The translations under genes and the position numbers were made by a program. DNA of 64,000 nt from Weeksellaceae bacterium (GTDB taxonomy: Bacteria > Bacteroidota > Bacteroidia > Flavobacteriales > Weeksellaceae). The DNA lies in assembly GCA_022013695.1 (NCBI GenBank), contig JAKLPS010000022.1:3809-67808 (forward strand). Direction: 5' to 3'. Shown here piece after piece: positions 47,707 to 56,402 of this stretch. The notes beneath the pieces are model-generated. The model made no database searches and was not told where the DNA came from. It saw nothing but the letters and a program-made list of their open reading frames with translations. Each line of letters opens with the position of its first letter. Positions within the stretch are counted from its first letter, which is position 1.

Positions 47707-49513
47707 ATTGTTTTTTATTTATTAATTCTGAAAAACTGATATTTCGGTCTTCTAATTCCTGTGAGATGGTCTTGAAGACATTCTTCCCTTTATGTTCTTT
47801 TTTCATCATTCCGTAAAAGGAATTGATTTTTTGATCCAGTGGATTTTGATATAAATTCACGAGCGATACAAGATTTTCGAGACTGTCTCCGAAGATTTTC
47901 AAATCACCAACTATTCTGCGCAATGCTTCATCATAATTGCCATATTTCTGAACATAGTATTCAACGGCTGACTTTTCCGGTTTTTCTGTGGTATAAGTCA
48001 AATATTGTTCAAGCGAAACTTCATTTCCGTACACTTCTCCTTTTGAACCTCGTTTCAGATAAAACTCCTTGAACCGACTTCGCCCGAATTTATTATTCAG
48101 ATTGTTGATGGTAAAAATCTTGTTTTGCTCTACTTTATTGAGTGAAAGCAATGAAGCGATCTTGTCAAAGTTGTCTTTGAACTTCGTCTGGTCAAGCAAT
48201 ATAAAAGTGTCCGAGTTATTTATTATACTGTCTTTTACGACTGCATTCCCGATAATATCATCCAGTTCCTGAGTAACAACTACCGCTTCTCCCCAAAATT
48301 TCCGTACTGTTTTATATAAATAAAGAATATAACCTCCCATTAATTTACTCGCAATGGCTTTCCACGCTTCTTCTATGATGAGAGCTTTTCTGCGGTCTTT
48401 TCTAAGGCGCATTTTCTGAATAAAAGTGTCCATTATAATCAACGTCACTATTGGAAACAGCTTCGGATTGTCCTTTACGTTATCGATCTCAAAAACAATG
48501 AAAGATTCGTCAAACAGTTTATTATCTGCACTTTCGTTTAAAGTCGTTCCGTACCTTCCGCCTTTGTAAAAATCTTTCAGCACAAATAAAAAGGTGCGCA
48601 GATTGAATTCCTTCTCTATAATGTTGTGTTTTTTATTACTCAGGTAAATAGGAAGAAATTGATCGCAATAATCATAAAACCCATTGAACGAAAGTTCTGT
48701 TACAACCAGCTTTTCTTCCAGTTCTTTTATTTTTCTGATAATGACTTTTCTAAAGGATTCATTCAATTCTTCTGCTGATCTGGATTGCCTGATGATGTCA
48801 TTAGATTTCATTAAAGTCAGCTGCGTCTCATTGTATATTTTCCTTCTTTCTTCATCGTTCAGCGTGTCGTACGCTTCATAGACTTGATAGAAATTGTCAC
48901 TTTCATAATCCGGATTATTGATGTTTTTATCAGGATGATAAAATTTTAATAATTTTCTTCCGGCTTCCTTGATTTCATTAGAACTGGCATCGAATGTAAT
49001 CCCCAGAATGTCATAATAGTTTTGATGTCCTTTGGCTTCATTCTCATATTCTGTGAATAGATCTTCTTCTTGAATGTTATATTTATTGAGATATAAAATA
49101 AGTTCTTCCGAAGTTTTATTTTGATACCACTCTTGTCCTGAGTTAAAATACTGATGATAATACGACATCAACACATTGTCTAATATGGACTTTTGTGCTG
49201 ATGACATTGAAGAGTCAGGACCTTGCCAAATCAGGAAGATCAGGTTGGTTAAAAATTCGATTTTTTCGATATTGAACTCTTTCTTATCCATCAGAAAAGG
49301 ATTCATTGTGATCGGTTTTTCTTCGGTGTACTGAATGTATCTTCCTCCTTTGTATTTACAAGTTCCTGAATAAGAATCTCCTGTATCAACAATGACTACA
49401 TCATAATTGTAGGTCAGATACTGCTCGATGATATTATTCATTAAAAAACTCTTGCCTGACCCACTGGGTCCTAAAACAAACTTATTCCTGTTGTTTATTC
49501 TTCCTGTTTTCAT
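47693..49513 (-). CDS. traG: TraG (VirB4-type conjugation ATPase), C-terminal part, carrying an inserted J-domain
   Basis: GRINNRNKFVLGPSGSGKSF is the Walker A motif and ALIIEEAWKA is Walker B-like. The insert NYYDILGI...KFYHPDKN...EAYDTLNDEERRKIYNE lies at 48827-49021. The 32 codons upstream (49514-49606) are in frame and look like coding sequence. Confidence 0.85.
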   Translation of the reverse strand: MKTGRINNRNKFVLGPSGSGKSFLMNNIIEQYLTYNYDVVIVDTGDSYSGTCKYKGGRYIQYTEEKPITMNPFLMDKKEFNIEKIEFLTNLIFLIWQGPDSSMSSAQKSILDNVLMSYYHQYFNSGQEWYQNKTSEELILYLNKYNIQEEDLFTEYENEAKGHQNYYDILGITFDASSNEIKEAGRKLLKFYHPDKNINNPDYESDNFYQVYEAYDTLNDEERRKIYNETQLTLMKSNDIIRQSRSAEELNESFRKVIIRKIKELEEKLVVTELSFNGFYDYCDQFLPIYLSNKKHNIIEKEFNLRTFLFVLKDFYKGGRYGTTLNESADNKLFDESFIVFEIDNVKDNPKLFPIVTLIIMDTFIQKMRLRKDRRKALIIEEAWKAIASKLMGGYILYLYKTVRKFWGEAVVVTQELDDIIGNAVVKDSIINNSDTFILLDQTKFKDNFDKIASLLSLNKVEQNKIFTINNLNNKFGRSRFKEFYLKRGSKGEVYGNEVSLEQYLTYTTEKPEKSAVEYYVQKYGNYDEALRRIVGDLKIFGDSLENLVSLVNLYQNPLDQKINSFYGMMKKEHKGKNVFKTISQELEDRNISFSELINKKQYEKV

Positions 49514-49606
49514 CGGTAAATCCGAAGGATCTACTTTTAGCGGAACACCCTGTCTGTCTGTAAATCTCAGGTAGAAATTGGATTCTTCATTGACCGGGTA
49601 ACTTTC

Positions 49607-50758
49607 TTAAAAAAAAAAACACAAGGCCGCTTCGCTTGTCGTCATAAATAGATCGTATTCCCTAAGTTCTGTTCCATTGCCCGGAATGGCTGATCGCCAG
49701 AGTTCTAACTGGTTGTAGGCATTTTTAGAAACAATAATTCCTTTCGTGAAAAGCTTGTTTTCAATCATCGACTGGATATTTTCCATTTTCTCCAATGTGT
49801 GTGCTGAAAAAAGGATGGAAAAATGAGCATTGACGACGAGCTGTCCATCGGTTGCAATGTTATGAAGCAGGGTCTGAATTTCATCTGCTATAATCGCGTT
49901 GGACGGAGAATTGTTCGCCGCGCCTTCGTGTTTTTTCTTTTTTTTATCAAGCTCCCTTTGCTGTTGTGCCTGAAGGGGAATGGTAATGATCTGATTGTAG
50001 ACAATGGTCTCGTAGTCTTCCAGTTCATTGATGAAACTAAAATTGTCAACCGCCGTCTCAGCTGCAGCTCCGTTACCTCCTAAAACTGAGTAAGGCTCAA
50101 TTTCTGAAGGCAGATCAATGTTTTCTACGTCAACATAGGCAATGTTTTTCACAAACCTATTTCCGATCTGCAAAAATTCGTTGGTGCTTTTTATATTATC
50201 AAAAGTTGGAGTTTCTGTAAACTGCATCGACAGAACTCCCGAAATGTAGTAATCAAAATCTTTCTCAAATAAAAACTCAGGTTCACAATTATTCTGTTTC
50301 AAAAGCATCAATACTTTCTGGCACTTATCCCGTAGTTCCTTATAACTTTTATCCGAAAAATGATAATGCTTAGTTTTCTTTTTCAGTTTGTCATCGATAA
50401 TATCCGTGAAGAATAGCACGGTTTCGATGGTTTTAAAAAGCCTGCCCTCAAAATGTTCTGAATATTTTTGCTGTAGAAACTGATTGGACTGTTCTGCGGT
50501 GTATCTTTTTTTAGAAAAAATGTCGAGCTTCTGGACAATTCTTCCTTCACCAATAATCGAGACTACCTGATTTAAGACCGTATGAAAATGGAGGTACGTA
50601 TCCGGATCTGCTGAATACTGCTCTACAATATTTTTTATCCTAATACCAATAATAGGATTTCCATACTGTCCGAAAAGAACATCGAAATCCCAATTGAAAT
50701 CTTTTGCATAATCATACCCGATAAAAGGGATGTTAAATGCTTGTTTTTCCTTTTTCAT
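49607..50758 (-). CDS. traG: TraG (VirB4-type conjugation ATPase), N-terminal part, ended by an in-frame TAA
   Basis: 383 aa ending in ...TSEAALCFFF then stop. The stop at 49607-49609 is in the same frame as the downstream ATPase ORF. Confidence 0.8.
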   Translation of the reverse strand: MKKEKQAFNIPFIGYDYAKDFNWDFDVLFGQYGNPIIGIRIKNIVEQYSADPDTYLHFHTVLNQVVSIIGEGRIVQKLDIFSKKRYTAEQSNQFLQQKYSEHFEGRLFKTIETVLFFTDIIDDKLKKKTKHYHFSDKSYKELRDKCQKVLMLLKQNNCEPEFLFEKDFDYYISGVLSMQFTETPTFDNIKSTNEFLQIGNRFVKNIAYVDVENIDLPSEIEPYSVLGGNGAAAETAVDNFSFINELEDYETIVYNQIITIPLQAQQQRELDKKKKKHEGAANNSPSNAIIADEIQTLLHNIATDGQLVVNAHFSILFSAHTLEKMENIQSMIENKLFTKGIIVSKNAYNQLELWRSAIPGNGTELREYDLFMTTSEAALCFFF

Positions 50759-50769
50759 ATTGAACTTAT

Positions 50770-51105
50770 TTATTTTTTATTCGTCATATGGAACCTTTCG
50801 GTTTCATCATTCTTTAAAAGTCTTTTGTTGGTTAATTTTTTTGGAAAGATCAAGATCTGATCGAAATTTTTGGTCTTGTCATATAGCCCATATTTGTCCT
50901 GTCTTTTGAAGATCAGATAAACACCTCCTGCGGTTATTGCGAGTCCGAATAAAGAACCTAGTAATCCAAACTTCGATAATACCAGCGCCAAAATGACTCC
51001 TGTGCCAATGACACCCACTGCGTAAAAAATGTATTTCCCTTTCAGTCCGAAAAACACAAGGGGTTTTTTGAGCCCCTTGTATAAATAAAATCCCATCTTA
51101 GGCAA
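50770..51105 (-). CDS. traF: conjugative transposon protein TraF (DUF4133-like)
   Basis: 111 aa with YKGLKKPLVFFGLKGKYIFYA and two TM helices, located between traE and traG. Confidence 0.7.
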   Translation of the reverse strand: MPKMGFYLYKGLKKPLVFFGLKGKYIFYAVGVIGTGVILALVLSKFGLLGSLFGLAITAGGVYLIFKRQDKYGLYDKTKNFDQILIFPKKLTNKRLLKNDETERFHMTNKK

Positions 51106-51418
51106 AGAATGCTGTTACGAATTCCGGAACTACCAGCAGGAAGATCATTGCTCCGCCATAACCAAGGATCTCTTTGTTGACATCCTGGTCGCCATTCGTC
51201 CATTTGTTATACACTCTCAAACCTCCAATGAAACCGACCAATCCGCCCACTGCTTTTAAAATAAGTTTGATAGGATCCCAATAATCCTTAATGTCGTTGG
51301 CGGCGTTCGAGATCGCTGTTGCACCGCCTTGTGCGAAAGCAGGTGTTAGTGCCATCACTACAAAAGCGAGGGTTAGAATTTTTTTCATCATTTGGTGTTT
51401 TTTGAATTTTTGATTCAT
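51098..51418 (-). CDS. traE: conjugative transposon protein TraE (DUF4134-like, pilin-like)
   Basis: 106 aa with a signal peptide and two hydrophobic helices flanking VYNKWTNGDQD. Confidence 0.7.
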   Translation of the reverse strand: MNQKFKKHQMMKKILTLAFVVMALTPAFAQGGATAISNAANDIKDYWDPIKLILKAVGGLVGFIGGLRVYNKWTNGDQDVNKEILGYGGAMIFLLVVPEFVTAFFA

Positions 51419-51538
51419 AATAAGTGTGCTTTTAGAAGGTTAATTAATTGGTTTATTTTTGGTTTTTGGGCATAGAATACCCTGCATCGTATTTTTAACA
51501 CGTTGTTTGTTAGCGAGTTATATTATTTGGAGTAAAGA

Positions 51539-52132
51539 CTACATCGTGGAATGGTAAACTTTGTGTCCGTCATAGTTGGCAACCATTTGAACCAAGGTTT
51601 CAGAAAGATTGAGCATCTTCTTCCATTCTTTTATTCTGGAATTTTCTGTGGCTTTGTCTTTAATAATTGGGCTTTGGGGAATCACATCGTAAGGTTTTTG
51701 GATTTCCTGTTCTTTTGATACTTTTTCTTTTTGGTTAGGATACGTTTCACTTGATTCAGAATTTTCAGAATTTTGTAGGTTTTCCTTTTCGGTGGAATCC
51801 TTTTTTGGTGCATTATCCAATTCATCTAAATCTTGTTCAGATTCAAATCGTTCCCTCAAATACTCCAGATCTTGTCTTTCTTCCGTTTCTTCGCTTGGAA
51901 TAGGAGTTAATTCTTTTCTGTTGAATGATTTTGGAGTTGTGATATTTTCAACATCTTCAATCCCAATAGTTGCAGTAAGGGCTTCGTACTGCTCGGAGAT
52001 GGCGGACAAAGAAAATTCCTCAGTCTCTTCTTTGTAAATTGCTTTTTCTTTTTTGAGGAAGAGATCGTACAAGATGTTACCTGCATAATACATCAGGTAA
52101 ACCGCCAGTATGCTAAGTGAAATTTTAATCAT
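51539..52132 (-). CDS. hypothetical TM-anchored acidic protein
   Basis: 197 aa with an N-terminal TM helix and an E/S/K-rich body, downstream of the ParA-like gene. Confidence 0.5.
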   Translation of the reverse strand: MIKISLSILAVYLMYYAGNILYDLFLKKEKAIYKEETEEFSLSAISEQYEALTATIGIEDVENITTPKSFNRKELTPIPSEETEERQDLEYLRERFESEQDLDELDNAPKKDSTEKENLQNSENSESSETYPNQKEKVSKEQEIQKPYDVIPQSPIIKDKATENSRIKEWKKMLNLSETLVQMVANYDGHKVYHSTM

Positions 52133-52167
52133 TTTTTATGTTTTATTTAGTGGATATTTTTCGGTGT

Positions 52168-52851
52168 CTAATCTTTGGCTTTTTCCTTCTTTTTCAGAAT
52201 TTCTATTTTGATCTTTGAGTTTTCATTGATATGCTTTAAAAGTTCATCGAGTGTATTTTCTACGGCATATTTTTGCTTGCCAGCCAGGTTTCTGGTATTA
52301 ATAGTTTGCAGGATGTTTCTCTTGAATACTGGACTTGGCAGCAGCATTCCATATTTTGCCAGCTCAATGTCCATTGCTTCCTGATTTAGGTATTTGTATC
52401 CTTTATCATATTTGGAACGGATAAATATTCTTTCGGCCTCGCTTTCCAATAATCCCAGCATATTGATAAAAACCAACGTTGATTTTACAGATACATCGGA
52501 ATATTCAAATGGGATCACGATAAAATCGCTGTATATCAATAAGTCGCTGTATTTAGCATCAAGTGTTCCTGCCAGATCAAAGAGATTGATCTCCTCGCTT
52601 TCTTTCAGATCAATAAGAGTATCAAAGTCCGAAAAAGACTGCCCATCATCTTCACCAATAATCTCAACATCGTACAATTTTGGAATTTCCAACACTTCAT
52701 CTTCTTTCCATTTGTAGTAAAAGGATTTCTGATAATCAAAATCAAACACATTGATTTTTCTTTCGGAATTAGTGGAAATATAATTGGCTAAAGCAATCGC
52801 CAATGTTGTTTTTCCGGTTCCTCCTTTTTGGGTGGCAAAAGTGATGATCAT
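52168..52851 (-). CDS. ParA/MinD-like ATPase (TraA position)
   Basis: 227 aa with the deviant Walker A motif TQKGGTGKTT. Confidence 0.8.
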   Translation of the reverse strand: MIITFATQKGGTGKTTLAIALANYISTNSERKINVFDFDYQKSFYYKWKEDEVLEIPKLYDVEIIGEDDGQSFSDFDTLIDLKESEEINLFDLAGTLDAKYSDLLIYSDFIVIPFEYSDVSVKSTLVFINMLGLLESEAERIFIRSKYDKGYKYLNQEAMDIELAKYGMLLPSPVFKRNILQTINTRNLAGKQKYAVENTLDELLKHINENSKIKIEILKKKEKAKD

Positions 52852-52920
52852 TGGTTGGTTGATGGTTTTTGTTTGATAATTATTAGCTGTAAGTTTTTAT
52901 CGGAAGCCGGAACTTAGGCC

Positions 52921-54414
52921 TTAACGCCTCTTCTTCCTTCGTTTCTTGAGTTCGTTTTCAGCAGGGTCTTTTGCCGTTCCTGAACTTTTCATCCATTCAA
53001 ATAGCATTTCGTTGACGGCTTTGTTTAATTCTGTTTTTTTATTATTTTCAGTCCGGTTTTCTGTCTGCACTTCATTTATGCCTATGGGATTTAGAAATTT
53101 TTGATATTCCTTTTCTCCGATTAATGGTTGAAGTTCACCCACGTAATGGAATCTGGTATGAACAGCATACAGCTTTCCGTCTTCAGCAGTCGTTATAGAA
53201 ATATCTTTTTTTTCATCATTTGTGTTTTTGTTATTTCTAATAAAATCCTTTACTTCAAACTGGACTTTTCGGTAGGTTTCCAAATCTTTCTTCCCTCGGT
53301 TTTCAAAAAGCATAAAGTCCTTAATCTCTGCTTCCGGATATTGCTTTTTCAAAAACTCCAGCAGTATTTCTCTTGATTCCTGATTTGGAATGTTATAATC
53401 TTTTAAGATTTCGAAAAGCTTTTTATCCAAAGTTTCGGAAGTGAATTCAAATAATTCATTCATTTTCAAAATCTCACTCCCTTTGTAGACGATTCCTGTT
53501 TTATGGTCTATCAACGTGTAACCAAAAGGTTTTAAACCTTCTTTTTGATGAAATACAATGTCGATTCCGAAAACATCTTTCAACTTTTTCTGAAGCTCAC
53601 TTTCAAATTCAATTTTTGATTTTGAAAGATTTTCTCTGTCAGCTATCTTTTCTTGTGGTAACATTGATTGACTTCGCCTATTGTCTTCCACTTTGAAAAC
53701 TTTGTTGGAATACAGTTCCTTATATTTATTCAGAATGGCTTTAATCTGTCTGGCTCTGCTGTCACTTTTACTATTGTCGAAAACAATTTGATTCCCTGAA
53801 AGTGTTCGCTGTATGACTCCGTTTTTTAAAATGCTATAAAAATTTTCATCATTTGTGTTTCTGTTTATTTTATAACCATTTCTATGGAGCAAAGTTTCCA
53901 ACTGACTGAACGAACTTATTTTGTAATTTAGAAGTTTGTCCAATTCTGCTTCTGGACTCTGGCCGTACAATTTTCCCATTGTATTACTTAATGCCTTTTG
54001 AGCATTAAGCCTCTCGTAACTGTCATCGATCTTCTTTCCGGATTGCTTATCAACCCTTGTGGAAACAATGTGGACGTGATTATTATCTGTGTCCTTATGA
54101 AATACAACAATGAAAGGTTGTGTCCCGTATCCCATTTCATTCATAAAACCTTCTGCAACATTTTTCAGTTCTTCTTTGCTGTGCTCCTGAAACTTGGTTG
54201 AAATGACTGAGTGAAATTGGGGTTTCTTTACTTTTTCGTTTTTTGAAATTGATTTTAAATAATCCCGAACCTCCTTCTGACTACTGGCTTCATTGATGAA
54301 CGAAGGAAAATTTTTCATCAGCATCAATTCCCCAGTTCCTTTATTCACTTTTTTATCGTTGTAATTGACTCCCGAAAAGCTGGAACTCGCCGGTTTCATT
54401 ATTTTAACGATCAT
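52921..54414 (-). CDS. relaxase/mobilization nuclease
   Basis: 497 aa. FHKDTDNNHVHIVSTRVD is the HxDxxxxHxH relaxase histidine triad. Confidence 0.85.
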   Translation of the reverse strand: MIVKIMKPASSSFSGVNYNDKKVNKGTGELMLMKNFPSFINEASSQKEVRDYLKSISKNEKVKKPQFHSVISTKFQEHSKEELKNVAEGFMNEMGYGTQPFIVVFHKDTDNNHVHIVSTRVDKQSGKKIDDSYERLNAQKALSNTMGKLYGQSPEAELDKLLNYKISSFSQLETLLHRNGYKINRNTNDENFYSILKNGVIQRTLSGNQIVFDNSKSDSRARQIKAILNKYKELYSNKVFKVEDNRRSQSMLPQEKIADRENLSKSKIEFESELQKKLKDVFGIDIVFHQKEGLKPFGYTLIDHKTGIVYKGSEILKMNELFEFTSETLDKKLFEILKDYNIPNQESREILLEFLKKQYPEAEIKDFMLFENRGKKDLETYRKVQFEVKDFIRNNKNTNDEKKDISITTAEDGKLYAVHTRFHYVGELQPLIGEKEYQKFLNPIGINEVQTENRTENNKKTELNKAVNEMLFEWMKSSGTAKDPAENELKKRRKKRR

Positions 54415-54770
54415 TGTCCGAGCATAGAATATATTTTAATAAAAATGTCATTCTGCTTTATCTTCAAATCAGCTATTTCAGATAACTTGTTAGAAAAATC
54501 TTGCAGGTCTGCTGCGCTGATAAATTTTTTAGCATTTGCAATTTTTGCGATCTGATTGATGTTGGTTTCTATTTTCACGAATAGATTATCTTGTTTTTCA
54601 ATGAACGCTAATACTATTCTCCTCTCATCATCCAAAATCCTGTTTTCTACAGAATTGATAATTAGACTTGTCATAGAGATTTTCTTTTCTGAACATATCT
54701 TCCTCCAGTATTTCTTTTTTTGATTGTTGATCCTGATAACTATAATCCCGTCTTTTTCATCGGTTTCCAT
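54411..54770 (-). CDS. MobC-like relaxosome accessory protein
   Basis: 119 aa, small, overlapping the relaxase start by 4 nt. It has an RHH-like N-terminus. Confidence 0.55.
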   Translation of the reverse strand: METDEKDGIIVIRINNQKKKYWRKICSEKKISMTSLIINSVENRILDDERRIVLAFIEKQDNLFVKIETNINQIAKIANAKKFISAADLQDFSNKLSEIADLKIKQNDIFIKIYSMLGQ

Positions 54771-54831
54771 CTTTTTTCAAATTTAAAATCCCGCTTTGCT
54801 TTATTTTTGTAATGAAAAATTTTGACTGTTT

Positions 54832-55155
54832 TTAAATTGGTACAAAAATCACTGTTGCAAGTGCAACAATACCAACAACGATAGAGCCTGCAATTTTTAC
54901 TTTTTTCACTTCTCTGATCTGTTTTTTATCAATTGTGATAGAATCTCCTTTTTTAGAAATACCGTAAACATTTTTACCATCTATCGAAGTAATCTTTATT
55001 TTATGCATTTTAGCTTTAAAATCCTGAATCTCATATTTATGATTTAGCTCTAAAGAATTGTAGTTTAAAGGCTTACCTTGATTCGATATGATAGATTTGC
55101 AAGATGTAAGTGAAATTCCAATCAACAGAAATAAAAATTTGTAATAGTTTTTCAT
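54832..55155 (-). CDS. small lipoprotein with C-terminal TM helix
   Basis: 107 aa with the lipobox ISLTSC and a C-terminal AGSIVVGIVALATVIFVPI. Confidence 0.55.
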   Translation of the reverse strand: MKNYYKFLFLLIGISLTSCKSIISNQGKPLNYNSLELNHKYEIQDFKAKMHKIKITSIDGKNVYGISKKGDSITIDKKQIREVKKVKIAGSIVVGIVALATVIFVPI

Positions 55156-55227
55156 TGTTTTTATTTTTAGATTTTAAAACGATTAACCTATACATCGTGA
55201 GGTGAAAAAAAACTGCAAACTATTGTT

Positions 55228-56319
55228 CTATGGTAATTCCCAATTTGGTACACCATTCACGCTCTTTAAAATATAAGTTCCGGTAGCTGGTGGCGGTGGA
55301 ATTGTTTCTGATGCAAAGCCAAATGTACCATCCGCTTTGGCAACTACTTTTTTTGTATAGGTTGCATCTCCGTCTGCATTGGGCATTTGGGAAGGTGTAA
55401 CGCTTAGCTTGCCATTGATATTTAACCATCTCTCAGAAAAATCCCCCGAAATCAAAGCAAATTTGTAATCCGTATAATTGTTCGTGATACTATCCCAAAA
55501 GCTGGTTGAACTTGTTGTAACGGGGGTTGAATGTATAGCTAGTTTATTACTTACGCTTCTGTTTCCTGTGGCCGGGCTACCAGCGCCAATGCCAATGAAT
55601 ATATTATTAGACCCTGTTCGGTTTCCTGTCCCGGACAGATAGCCAATAGAGATGTTATCATTTCCAGAAGTGATGTAGGACATAGCTCCCGGACCAATTC
55701 CAATATTTCTGTTTCCTGAAATCACTCCATTTAAGATTCCATTCAATGCCGAAACTCCTGCTCCATAATTAAGTTTACCTGTAATTTCGCCTTGAGACAT
55801 TGCATAAGAGCTGGCTGAATTTCCTTTTCCTGAAGTTATATTAGAATCTGTCGCAAAAATAGAATTGTAGTCACCCGTGATTGGACTTCTGGAAATGCCC
55901 AGTATGTAATTTTCTTTTTCATCAAAATTTAGATGCAAATTGTTCCTGACAATAAGTTCAACCGTCGAAGTGTTGCCCTTGAGTGCAACTGTATTTAGTG
56001 GGTCTTCTTGTATAAATGACTTCCATAGATCACCGTCAAAATAATACAACCCGGACTTTGTGATATGAATGACCTGACCGGATAAGTTTGTGGCCGCAGA
56101 GGTTACAAAAACGACAGCTCCTTTTTTTGCGGACGAATACGTTTTTGCTGCGAGTTGGTTTCCTGTAATCCTTGGAGGAATAATCCCGTCATAATGATTG
56201 GTATCATTTGGTTTCCCTACAACTTCTAAAGTAGCCTCGGGCGTCTGGGTGTTGATGCCAATCTGTCCCTGAATTGATATTGCTATGAAAGGCAGAAAAA
56301 AATAAATTAATGTTTTCAT
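55228..56319 (-). CDS. secreted fibre/adhesin-like protein, paralog A
   Basis: 363 aa with a signal peptide. Its N-module is shared with the next gene. The G/N/S-rich repeat region reads NIGIGPGAMSYITSGNDNISIGYLSGTGNRTGSNNIFIGIGAG. Confidence 0.6.
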   Translation of the reverse strand: MKTLIYFFLPFIAISIQGQIGINTQTPEATLEVVGKPNDTNHYDGIIPPRITGNQLAAKTYSSAKKGAVVFVTSAATNLSGQVIHITKSGLYYFDGDLWKSFIQEDPLNTVALKGNTSTVELIVRNNLHLNFDEKENYILGISRSPITGDYNSIFATDSNITSGKGNSASSYAMSQGEITGKLNYGAGVSALNGILNGVISGNRNIGIGPGAMSYITSGNDNISIGYLSGTGNRTGSNNIFIGIGAGSPATGNRSVSNKLAIHSTPVTTSSTSFWDSITNNYTDYKFALISGDFSERWLNINGKLSVTPSQMPNADGDATYTKKVVAKADGTFGFASETIPPPPATGTYILKSVNGVPNWELP

Positions 56320-56402
56320 TTTATTTTTTATTAAAATTCATTTGGTCTTAAGAATCGTATTAACTGTGTATAATTTGTATTAATTGCTATAATTTTAGCA
56401 TC

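Noticed and set aside
49596-49620. Transcriptional or translational slippage on the T11 tract as a way to rescue traG.
   Set aside because: The upstream and downstream ORFs are in the same frame, and the TAA persists whatever multiple of three is added or removed. A shift of +1 or -1 runs into stops within about 15 codons, so slippage cannot join the halves.
54771-54831. oriT expected upstream of the mobC-like and relaxase genes.
   Set aside because: I looked for an inverted repeat with an adjacent nick-type motif here and at 52852-52920, and found nothing convincing by eye. The location of oriT remains unknown.
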